Both the position numbers and the translations under genes were made by a program. Below, piece after piece: positions 46,979 to 54,559 of a DNA stretch of 64,000 nucleotides. Every line of letters begins with the position of its first letter. Position 1 is the first letter of the stretch. This DNA is from Candidatus Omnitrophota bacterium (lineage in GTDB: Bacteria > Omnitrophota > Gorgyraeia > Gygaellales > Profunditerraquicolaceae): positions 26,925 through 90,924 of the forward strand of contig JAKPTF010000009.1 in assembly GCA_029571225.1 (NCBI GenBank). The letters run 5' to 3'. Under the pieces are notes generated by a model. That model saw nothing but the letters and a program-made list of their open reading frames with translations, was not told the DNA's origin and searched no databases.

Positions 46979-47067
46979 TTTTTTTACAGGTACAGTATCT
47001 TTTTTATCATACCTGCGGCATTTGTCAAGCCTTTTCTCTCGTCGGAAAACGGGACTCCAGGATTATT

Positions 47068-47811
47068 TTACGCAGCAGGATTATCCAACGTTACCGCTCC
47101 CCAGGATGCCATGGTATCCTTGATGACGAAAAGCGCGCCCCGCACGCCGCGGACCGACCGCGCAAACCGCACGGCGCGCTCCAGGTCTTTTGCGCCGGCA
47201 ATGCGGTTGCCCGCTGCGGTCGCCACCGCATCCGCGAGCGCCGCGTTCCCGGCTATGATGACCGCCGCATCCGCTTTGCCGAACGACAGCGAATGGCCTA
47301 CGGTGCCGGATGACGTACAAACGCCGCACGGCATGAATTCCGGCTCAAGCCTCAATTTAAGCCGGCCGCTCAAGACCGAGGAGCCGGCAAACAGGCCGAC
47401 GGTCACCGCGGTACGGGTGTTCAGATATATGTCCCCGCCGTTCTCAATGATGATATCGCGGCAGCCCCGGCCAATCAGGTCCTCGCCCAGCCTCTGGGCG
47501 ATCGCGCCGGCGACCGCTGCCATCGGGCCCACATCCGCCTTACGGCCCGCGGCGGCCATATCCCTGACGATAGGAGCAGCGCGGCTCTCGACCGTAACAG
47601 GCTCCAGACTGTTCAGGAATCTCTCATCTCTGGCTATGTATGCCTTGATCTGGTTCCGGTATGACCGTATGCGTTCCATGCAATAGTCCCGTTCGACCGG
47701 CTGGTCCGAATAGATAAGAATATCCGTTTCCTCGATAATAACCCTTCTTTTCAGCAGCCTGCCGGTTATCCAGCTACGGTAAAACCGCCTCTGATAGCGA
47801 GGTGTCTTCAT
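47068..47811 (-). CDS. UPF0280 family protein (ApbE-like superfamily)
   Basis: 247 aa. ETDILI, GPMAAVAGAIAQ, IENGGDIY and SSGTVGHSLSFGKADA patterns. Confidence 0.7.
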   Translation of the reverse strand: MKTPRYQRRFYRSWITGRLLKRRVIIEETDILIYSDQPVERDYCMERIRSYRNQIKAYIARDERFLNSLEPVTVESRAAPIVRDMAAAGRKADVGPMAAVAGAIAQRLGEDLIGRGCRDIIIENGGDIYLNTRTAVTVGLFAGSSVLSGRLKLRLEPEFMPCGVCTSSGTVGHSLSFGKADAAVIIAGNAALADAVATAAGNRIAGAKDLERAVRFARSVRGVRGALFVIKDTMASWGAVTLDNPAA

Positions 47812-48435
47812 CTAAGCTCCTGTTTCGACGCCGCAGCCGGCAAGATCGCGTTTTAACTGCCCGATGCCTGCAAAGACGAATCCCTCGATGCCCAGCGCCC
47901 TGGCGGCGGCGACCATGTCGGGCCGATCGTCCGTATAGAACGTTTCACAGGCAGGGACACCGAGCCTGTCAAGGACAGTCCGGTAGATCCTCTCATCAGG
48001 TTTTACAAGGCCCATCTCGCATGAGGCAAAAAGATGGTGGAACCTGTCGAATACCGGAAGGCGCTCTTTCAGATAGGCGTAATGAAGCGCGTTTATATTT
48101 GAAAGCATCGCCAGTGTGTACTTCGGCCGCAGGACCGCTAAAAGATCATACACGGCGGCATTGGACTCGGTCATGTAAAAAATATTGTTCCATATCGCAA
48201 CGAACTGATCGAAGGGGATGTCGAGGTCAATACGCTGCTGCACATCCGCGAAAAAAACCTCGGGGGAAATATCGCCCTGTTCGAACGAACGGATTAGGGG
48301 GGAATTAAAAAAAAGCTCGTAGATCTGTTCGGGGGACTTGCCTGTGAGAAGCGCGATTTTGCGGCCGGCGGTCATATGGTCGAAATCAACCAGCACCTTG
48401 CCGAGGTCAAAGATAATCGCGTGAATGGCCGCCAC
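47812..48435 (-). CDS. HAD-IA family hydrolase
   Basis: 207 aa. Motif I IIFDLGKVLV, motif II LSNIN, motif III/IV TFYTDDRPD. Confidence 0.8.
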   Translation of the reverse strand: MAAIHAIIFDLGKVLVDFDHMTAGRKIALLTGKSPEQIYELFFNSPLIRSFEQGDISPEVFFADVQQRIDLDIPFDQFVAIWNNIFYMTESNAAVYDLLAVLRPKYTLAMLSNINALHYAYLKERLPVFDRFHHLFASCEMGLVKPDERIYRTVLDRLGVPACETFYTDDRPDMVAAARALGIEGFVFAGIGQLKRDLAGCGVETGA

Positions 48436-49401
48436 TTAGTTATTGCTTTCCTTGTTCTTCTTGAACAGGTCCAGGAACCGGTCTTCGTAATCCTTGTAAA
48501 CGTTCCATTTGTCCAGTTCCGTCTTCAGTTCATGCGCCCTGGAGATGTCCGTTTTGGCGCGCGAAAAAAGCTCTTCGATCTTCTGCTGGACGGATAACGG
48601 CAGTTTCGTCAACTGGCTGAGCGATTTGCGGATCTTGTCTATCTCGTCCTCGCCGATAGGGCCGGGCGCCGGGCCGAGCTTCAGGTATTCCAGGAGGTTG
48701 TTGATCTGGATCTCCAGCTGCGCCGCCTGCGCTCGCAGATCGGACAGATCCGCGGTGAGGCCCGTGATGCGACCGAGCGCCTCCAGGACCGCGCACGACG
48801 CCTTCGGATTCTCGATCTGGATCGTGTACAGCGGAATCTCTCCGAGCAGGCAGAACCCGTCGAGCCCTGCGCGTTTTGCCATGCCGAGAAACAGGCCGTT
48901 CAACCCGCTGATATGTCCGTCATTGAGCGTCTGCACGTTATATTTAACCAACTCCTTCTTGATCGTTTCCGAAGTAGCGGTAAACCAGACATTCGGCGGC
49001 TGGTTATGATCGATGGCCTGAGGCATGGCGGCAAAGCTGATGACCCGGTCGGCCTTATACCTTTTGGCGACCGTAATGATCAATCTGCAATATTCATCCG
49101 CCCTTGCAAGATCGGGCTGCGCGTCCGCGATGAAAATGATAACGTCCTGCGACCCGCCCTTGCCTTTATGGAAATAGAATCGATTGCCGGGCCATTCGGG
49201 AAGACTGATGATGCCGTCGCGGACATGGCTTTCCATCAGATAAAAAAATTCCTGCGCGGGGATGCGGGCGAACACTTCGGCCTTAAGCTTCTCCGCCAGG
49301 TAACCCGCCGCCTTGTACGCAACCTCTCCCATGCCCGGCCAGGCGACGACGAACAGAGGGTTCTTGAGTTTAGGGTTTTTGTTGAATTTTATCCGGTCCA
49401 T
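48436..49401 (-). CDS. PAC2 (proteasome assembly chaperone 2-like) family protein with coiled-coil tail
   Basis: Start set at MDRIKF (49401). The longer ORF would overlap the upstream gene. LKNPLFVVAWPGMGEVAYKAAGYL and GLNGLFLGMA patterns. Confidence 0.6.
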   Translation of the reverse strand: MDRIKFNKNPKLKNPLFVVAWPGMGEVAYKAAGYLAEKLKAEVFARIPAQEFFYLMESHVRDGIISLPEWPGNRFYFHKGKGGSQDVIIFIADAQPDLARADEYCRLIITVAKRYKADRVISFAAMPQAIDHNQPPNVWFTATSETIKKELVKYNVQTLNDGHISGLNGLFLGMAKRAGLDGFCLLGEIPLYTIQIENPKASCAVLEALGRITGLTADLSDLRAQAAQLEIQINNLLEYLKLGPAPGPIGEDEIDKIRKSLSQLTKLPLSVQQKIEELFSRAKTDISRAHELKTELDKWNVYKDYEDRFLDLFKKNKESNN

Positions 49402-49450
49402 ATATTCCTTCGTCTTATGCTGTATATTATATAGCGGATATACGTTTTGG

Positions 49451-50602
49451 TTAACTAAATTTATAATCGGCGAGGAACCGTTCCAGCACAGCGGCGCCCC
49501 TGCATAATCCGCTGATCTGTACATATTCATCGGCCATATGCGCAGTTCCCCCGCATCCGAACCCCGTCGCGACAGCGGGTACGCCTTTGTCTTGGAAGAA
49601 CGTGATCACGGTCGCGCCTTCAGAACCGGCGATGCGGGCACGCAGGCCGCAGGCCTTCATGGCTTTTGCCAGGCCGGCAACAAGGGCATGGTTCGCGGGC
49701 AGACGATATGGCTTCTGCATATCGTCGATATGCACCTTGAACGAACGGCTGTGCCGGGCAGCGATCCGTTTCAATGCGGATACGATGCACCGCGGGTCCA
49801 TGCCGGGAAGGAATCTGAAATCGAGCTCAAAAACGCATCTGCCAGCGACGACATTCACCTTGTCGCCGCCCCGGATGGTCCCGATGTTCATGGTCGGAGG
49901 GCGCAAATACCTGTCTTTCCCGGCATAGGCGCGGGACAACCGGTCCATGAAGGCCCGCATCTCCGTCAGCATGACAATCGAGCGGTCTATGGCGTTGATA
50001 CCTCGCCACGGATATGCGCCATGGGCTTTTTTACCCTCGATAGTGACGGTAACATGAATCAGCCCTTTCTGGGTGATGATGACATCGAAATCGTCCGCGT
50101 CAAGGACTACAGCCGCATCGACCTTGAGCAGGCCTGTGCGCACAAGCGGCAGAAGGCCGCATACAGAACCGCTTTCCTCGTCTGCCGTGGCAGCGAACAC
50201 AAGGTCATAATACAAAGGCACGCGGTCCTCTCGCAGGCTGTGCATCGCCTCAAGAGCAACCGCGAGATTGCCTTTGCAATCGGTCGCGCCCAAACCGTAT
50301 ATCCTGTCCCCCCGGACCTCGGCCCCGAAAGGATCATGGCGCCAACCCTGACCCGCGGGCACCGTGTCAAGATGCGGAGTGATAAGCAATGACTTCCGTC
50401 CCCGGCCTGCCGGAACGCCTTTTATGCTGGCAATGACGTTCGGGCGGCCCTTCCGGAATGAATGCATCCGCGCGGGAATATCCGCCTCTCTAAGATAATC
50501 GCGGACCCACAGCGCAATCCTCTGTTCGTTTCCCGACGGGTTCTCGGAGTTGATCCTGATCAGGGAACGAAGCGTTTTAATGAGGCGGTCTCTTCTTATC
50601 AT
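49451..50602 (-). CDS. M20 family metallopeptidase (ArgE/DapE-type deacylase)
   Basis: 383 aa. ITPHLDTVP, GATDCKG, ADEESG, and a dimerisation-domain insert. Confidence 0.85.
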   Translation of the reverse strand: MIRRDRLIKTLRSLIRINSENPSGNEQRIALWVRDYLREADIPARMHSFRKGRPNVIASIKGVPAGRGRKSLLITPHLDTVPAGQGWRHDPFGAEVRGDRIYGLGATDCKGNLAVALEAMHSLREDRVPLYYDLVFAATADEESGSVCGLLPLVRTGLLKVDAAVVLDADDFDVIITQKGLIHVTVTIEGKKAHGAYPWRGINAIDRSIVMLTEMRAFMDRLSRAYAGKDRYLRPPTMNIGTIRGGDKVNVVAGRCVFELDFRFLPGMDPRCIVSALKRIAARHSRSFKVHIDDMQKPYRLPANHALVAGLAKAMKACGLRARIAGSEGATVITFFQDKGVPAVATGFGCGGTAHMADEYVQISGLCRGAAVLERFLADYKFS

Positions 50603-50622
50603 ATTCGTGGATGCGGAACGCG

Positions 50623-52245
50623 TCAGGATTCGTACCGGATCGCGGCGGTGAACGTCACGCTTGTCTGCTTCAGTTCTGCGGGGAACGGGGGCAGCGGGGA
50701 AAGATCTTCGATGGACCTGACGGCATTCTCGTCAAGGAATGAGTTTCCGGAACCGGCGACGACCGTCACGCCGGATATCATGCCGTCGGAGAAAACCGTG
50801 AACTCGACGACAACCTCCTTGGATTCTCCCCTGCGCGTTCCCGTTATGAACTCCGGGAATTTTTTATGCGACTCGATCAGCCTGCCGATATCGTAATAAT
50901 ATTTCTGCACAGGGTCCTGCGGCGGCAGGGCATCCGTTTTTTTCGGGTCACGGTCGAGGCTCACCGCCATCTTCTGCAAACGGTCAAACGCGGAATCCTG
51001 CAGGATGCGCGGAGTGATAAGGATAATGACTTCCTTATTTTGGACGCTGGTTACCTTGTGTTGGAACAGTGCCGGGCCGATCAAGGGGATATGGCCGAGA
51101 ATGGGCCACTTGTTCGTCGATTCGCTTTTCTGCTCCTGAATGAGGCCGCCGATCGCGATCGTCTGGCCGTCGTCAACCCGCAGCGTGGTCAATGCGGTGC
51201 GCTTGGTAATGACGGGTAATCCTTCGGCGCTTTGAGCCGTCACTTCGCTGACTTCCGGAGCGATCTTGACCGTGATCTGTTTTTTATCGTCAAGGTACGG
51301 CGTAATCCGCAATATAACTCCGGACGAAATGGACTGCAGCGTGCTGTATCTGTTGCCCTGGGAGCCGACTTCGATGGTCGCGTATTCTTCTGTGCCTACG
51401 CTCAACTCCGCCTGTTTGCCCTCCAGCGTAGCCACACGGGGATTGGCCTTGACCTTGGCCTTGCCTCTGGCGACCATGGTATTGATACGCGCGATCACAT
51501 CATTGCTCAAGGTGCCTGATATGGTCGTCGTTTTAGCCGCCGACGTGCCGGAAACTTTCGAATATGTGGCTTCGTTCGCCGGCATATTAATATTAAAACC
51601 TGTCGAATACATGGGCCCCCACGCGATGCCCAGGGCGGTAGAGTCGATTTCGGAAATCTCAATAACAAGGGCCTCGATCATGACCTGCCGCGGCGGCCGA
51701 TCCAGCGTCGCCAGATCTTTTTTCAAGCGGGCGACTACTTCAGGCGCGGCAGTTATGGTAATGGTATTAATGTCCTCGTTGACATGGATGTAGGGCGAGT
51801 AAAATTCCGAGATAAGGCTTTGAAGCTCTTTTGCCTTTAAATAGCTGGGCTGAAAAAAGTCCGTGACCGAGAGCTTATTGAACGACGGGCTGTTGGGCGT
51901 GCACAGGCCAACCAGGTAATACCCTTCTGGCATCTCCCTGAAGGAATAGTTGCCCGACGAAAGCACCAGCCGCAGCGCATCTTCCAGCGGGACCCCCCAC
52001 AGTTCGATGGAAATGGAGCCCTGCACGGTTTCATCAGGGACTATCTTGACGCCGGTCTGAGCCGAGATATCCCTTAGCACTTCGCGGATATCGGTCTCAA
52101 AAAATGAGTTGTTGACCGTTGGCACCGGGCGCTTGAACTCATCCTCTTCCATGAGAAATGCGTCAAGCTCGCCGGCAAAAACAGGCGCGCGAAGGATCAG
52201 CAAAACACCGCATAAAGCAATAAGGTTAAGTTTTAGGGATTTCAA
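50623..52245 (-). CDS. secretin (GspD/PilQ superfamily) with C-terminal TonB_C domain
   Basis: 540 aa. Signal peptide, N0-like and N1-like domains, and a secretin core (ANPRVATLEGKQAELSVG...PILGHIPLIGPALF...VIILITPRIL). The C-terminus KEVVVEFTVFSDGMISGVTVVAGSGNSFLDENAVRSIEDLSPLPPFP fits the TonB_C pattern. Confidence 0.8.
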   Translation of the reverse strand: MKSLKLNLIALCGVLLILRAPVFAGELDAFLMEEDEFKRPVPTVNNSFFETDIREVLRDISAQTGVKIVPDETVQGSISIELWGVPLEDALRLVLSSGNYSFREMPEGYYLVGLCTPNSPSFNKLSVTDFFQPSYLKAKELQSLISEFYSPYIHVNEDINTITITAAPEVVARLKKDLATLDRPPRQVMIEALVIEISEIDSTALGIAWGPMYSTGFNINMPANEATYSKVSGTSAAKTTTISGTLSNDVIARINTMVARGKAKVKANPRVATLEGKQAELSVGTEEYATIEVGSQGNRYSTLQSISSGVILRITPYLDDKKQITVKIAPEVSEVTAQSAEGLPVITKRTALTTLRVDDGQTIAIGGLIQEQKSESTNKWPILGHIPLIGPALFQHKVTSVQNKEVIILITPRILQDSAFDRLQKMAVSLDRDPKKTDALPPQDPVQKYYYDIGRLIESHKKFPEFITGTRRGESKEVVVEFTVFSDGMISGVTVVAGSGNSFLDENAVRSIEDLSPLPPFPAELKQTSVTFTAAIRYES

Positions 52246-53461
52246 TGTTTATTCCTACCTGAACGGGGTCCAGGGACTCGACAGCTCCGTCCCCGGACAC
52301 GCATGTCGGCACCATGATTATCGAGATCTGCAACGTCTCTTCCGGGGCATCCGACGGAACTGTCGCGGTCAGCACTATCTTGGATTCTGCGCCGCTGGGG
52401 ATTTGTATCTGCTCCGGCGCAAGAGAAAACCATTCTTTAATCGGATTCCCCCGGTCGAATGCCGCGGTTATTCTAACCTCCGCAGCGCTCTGGTTCCGCA
52501 CGGCAAAGGCCGCAGTGCGAAAACCTCCGCGCGGAATCTTAAGATTCAACGATGCGGGCACCGCCTCTATCGCCGCAACGCTGACAGCCGGCTTTTCGGG
52601 CAACGCAGACTGCGATTTCGAGCTAGTCACTATGAAGGGCATTTCGGTTTCAAGCGTTGCCATGCCTCCGTACCGGAACGTTGCGCGGGCGATATACTCG
52701 CCTGCGGGAAGGGCACGGTCATATAAGGCGATGAATTCGCGAGTGTGGCCGGGCAAGACCGTACCGGTACCGACGTTGAAATCGACCTCTCCTTTTCTCC
52801 TGCGGTCCGGTGTAAGAATGACCAGTTTTCCGGTCGCGGCGATATGGATATTGCCGAGATTATGGATCGAAGCCAGGAAGGTCAGGCCTCTGGGCACGGA
52901 TTCCATGTCCTCAAAGAGCGTTTGCAAAAAAAAATCGTCTATGCGGGCAGTTCTCTCGATTCTGCCGCCGGTCACCGTGGCCTTGACGAGGGATGCGATG
53001 CGCCACCGGATATTCCCGCCCGGCTGATGCGGCGCATCCTCAGCGCTCAATTCGCAGGCGACCGCGCTGTAGTATCCACCGGCAGTTGCCTGCGCCGGTA
53101 TTGTGATCTTGCCGATGATTTTTTTCGTCTGCCCCGGTTCGACGACGACGGTCTTCGGCTCGACAGAGATCCATTTACTGCAGGAATAAGGGGTCGTTGC
53201 AGGATCGCGGAACTCGGTCGTGCCGTCCCTGGTCATATCCACATCAACGGGACTGATCGTGAAGCTCAGCGAACGCTCACGATTCTCGTTGATCAGTTCG
53301 AACCAAAACAACTTGGTCCCGCCGCGGCTGAGGCTTATCTCAGACACCGGCGGGCTGATCTTGAAATTCACCTGGGCATAACACGGCAAATCACAGAACG
53401 GGAAAAGAAAGATGCCTGCGGCTGCAAGAATCTTCAGCCTGATAATGATCTTAACTCGCAT
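52226..53461 (-). CDS. secreted multi-beta-sandwich protein (PapD/DUF916-like pattern), candidate assembly factor
   Basis: 411 aa. Signal peptide ending CYAQ. Repeated Ig-like segments (FKISPPVSEISLSRGGTKLFWFELINEN, SVEPKTVVVEPGQTKKIIGKITIP, LNLKIPRGGFRTAAFAVRNQS, IQIPSGAESKIVLTATVP). 20-nt overlap with the secretin gene. Confidence 0.5.
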   Translation of the reverse strand: MRVKIIIRLKILAAAGIFLFPFCDLPCYAQVNFKISPPVSEISLSRGGTKLFWFELINENRERSLSFTISPVDVDMTRDGTTEFRDPATTPYSCSKWISVEPKTVVVEPGQTKKIIGKITIPAQATAGGYYSAVACELSAEDAPHQPGGNIRWRIASLVKATVTGGRIERTARIDDFFLQTLFEDMESVPRGLTFLASIHNLGNIHIAATGKLVILTPDRRRKGEVDFNVGTGTVLPGHTREFIALYDRALPAGEYIARATFRYGGMATLETEMPFIVTSSKSQSALPEKPAVSVAAIEAVPASLNLKIPRGGFRTAAFAVRNQSAAEVRITAAFDRGNPIKEWFSLAPEQIQIPSGAESKIVLTATVPSDAPEETLQISIIMVPTCVSGDGAVESLDPVQVGINIEIPKT

Positions 53462-53469
53462 TGGTTGTT

Positions 53470-53498
53470 ATTCTTACATAAAACGATTTGTTTGTCAA
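53470..53498 (-). promoter_or_regulatory. possible internal promoter upstream of the 411-aa gene
   Basis: Minus strand reads TTGACA, 17 nt, AAGAAT. There are only 8 nt between the -10 and the ATG, and no SD, so the mRNA would be near-leaderless. Confidence 0.3.
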
Positions 53499-53500
53499 TA

Positions 53501-53539
53501 CATAAACAAAGGCCCCCGTGATTTTTAATCCGGGGGCCT
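53501..53539 (-). terminator. intrinsic terminator after the subunit gene
   Basis: Minus strand has AGGCCCCCG-N12-CGGGGGCCT (perfect 9 bp) followed by TTGTTTATG, 28 nt after the stop. Confidence 0.65.
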
Positions 53540-53567
53540 CGAATGCATTGCGCTTGCTGACAGGATA

Positions 53568-54160
53568 TTACAGCTGTTCGGAAAATGTCACGGTGAACTG
53601 ATCGGCGTAGTCGCCGGTCGGCAGCTGGTCGTCAACAACAATCTTGTTCCACAATGTGCTAATCGTTCTTGATGCAAGTTTGTGGCTGCCGTTAAAATCA
53701 GCCGCCCTTTTATATTGCGGCTCAAGGGCGATCGGACATACCTGGCTTAAAGCGTTTGCGTCATACACGGCAGTCTTCCAGTCAGCGGCTATGCCGTAGT
53801 AGGTATTGATTTTTTCCCGCCTCCGCTCGCAAGATCGGCTGCGCCGGCGACGCTCATGATCACATCATGGCCGTTCTGACTGCCGACATAAATGTTGATG
53901 CAGGGATGCTTATACGTCCCGGCGCTGGTGACTTTCCAGTCGATTTTTGTAGCCGACAACTTGACCGATACCGTTGACAACACCTTTGCGGAAACGCTTA
54001 TCGTCTGAGCTTTGCCCATCGCGGGTTCCGCAGGGTCTGATGTCGTGCATGTGGCGCCCGGTCCAGGAACCGGCAGGACCTTCATTTCCAGCGCGTACGC
54101 ACACGCAGCCGTACCCGCGGCAATAAAAGCCGTTGCGATAATCATAATTGCCCTGTTCAT
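53568..54160 (-). CDS. secreted fimbrial-subunit-like protein (SCPU/DUF4402-like C-terminus), interrupted by a frameshift at an A6 run
   Basis: ORF 53789..54160 has GAGGAGG SD and signal peptide AACAYA. It stops shortly after GGGKK. The frame shifted by one base continues INTYYGIAADWKT...LPTGDYADQFTVTFSEQL to 53568. One extra A in the run at 53810..53815 would fuse them into ~196 aa. Confidence 0.6.
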
Positions 54161-54282
54161 TTCTTACCTCCTCTGATATTGACCCCCTATTCCCTTCTTC
54201 GGCAGCCGCGTTATCTGCGCGGCATTGCATTTTCGACCCCGAAAACGCCCTTTCGGAAGGATGTTCCATCTATGTGCATGGG

Positions 54283-54334
54283 TAAAACAAAACCCGGTTT
54301 GCCGTAAGTCATTCCTTAATTTCGGCAACCCGGG
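54283..54334 (-). terminator. terminator-like hairpin inside the subunit-gene leader (possible attenuator or riboswitch expression platform)
   Basis: Minus strand has CCCGGGTTGCCG-N18-CGGCAAACCGGG (11 of 12 bp) followed by TTTTGTTTT. It lies ~120 nt upstream of the ATG and ~125 nt downstream of the predicted TSS. Confidence 0.5.
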
Positions 54335-54461
54335 TATTCTTGCTCGATAATCCCGACCCCGCGGCTTTCCCGCCGTTAAAACGGCAAGCTTTTCGCTTTA
54401 AGGAAGCTATCATCCACCTGGGGGTTGGATTTTCGCTGCGAATCAACCTGATTGTACTTAT

Positions 54462-54490
54462 ATTTTAACTGATGAATATGTGTTTTTCAA
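54462..54490 (-). promoter_or_regulatory. sigma70-like promoter of the subunit/secretin cassette
   Basis: Minus strand reads TTGAAA, 17 nt, TAAAAT. Confidence 0.6.
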
Positions 54491-54559
54491 GTCCGGGAGG
54501 GAGCATTTCTGAAAACGGTTTCATTGCGCGATACAAAAACGGGGAAAGGGCTGCGGGGG

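Noticed and set aside
46874-47067. Lysine (L-box) riboswitch upstream of the kamA operon
   Set aside because: The length (~190 nt) is compatible. However, I could not find the conserved L-box cores (for example GAGGCGC and the five-helix junction sequences). I left it as an unclassified leader.
53910-54269. 119-aa ORF overlapping the start of the subunit gene
   Set aside because: It is out of frame with the SD- and signal-peptide-bearing subunit ORF. It extends into the structured leader and has no SD. Its translation is Gly/Arg/Asn-rich without features.
54283-54334. Possible c-di-GMP class I riboswitch, because the leader contains GGCAAACC
   Set aside because: Only this octamer matches. 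The ACGCACAGGGCAAACC...GGGACGCAAAGCC context, the GNRA tetraloop and its receptor from the GEMM-I consensus are not present. The octamer is simply the 3' arm of the terminator-like hairpin.
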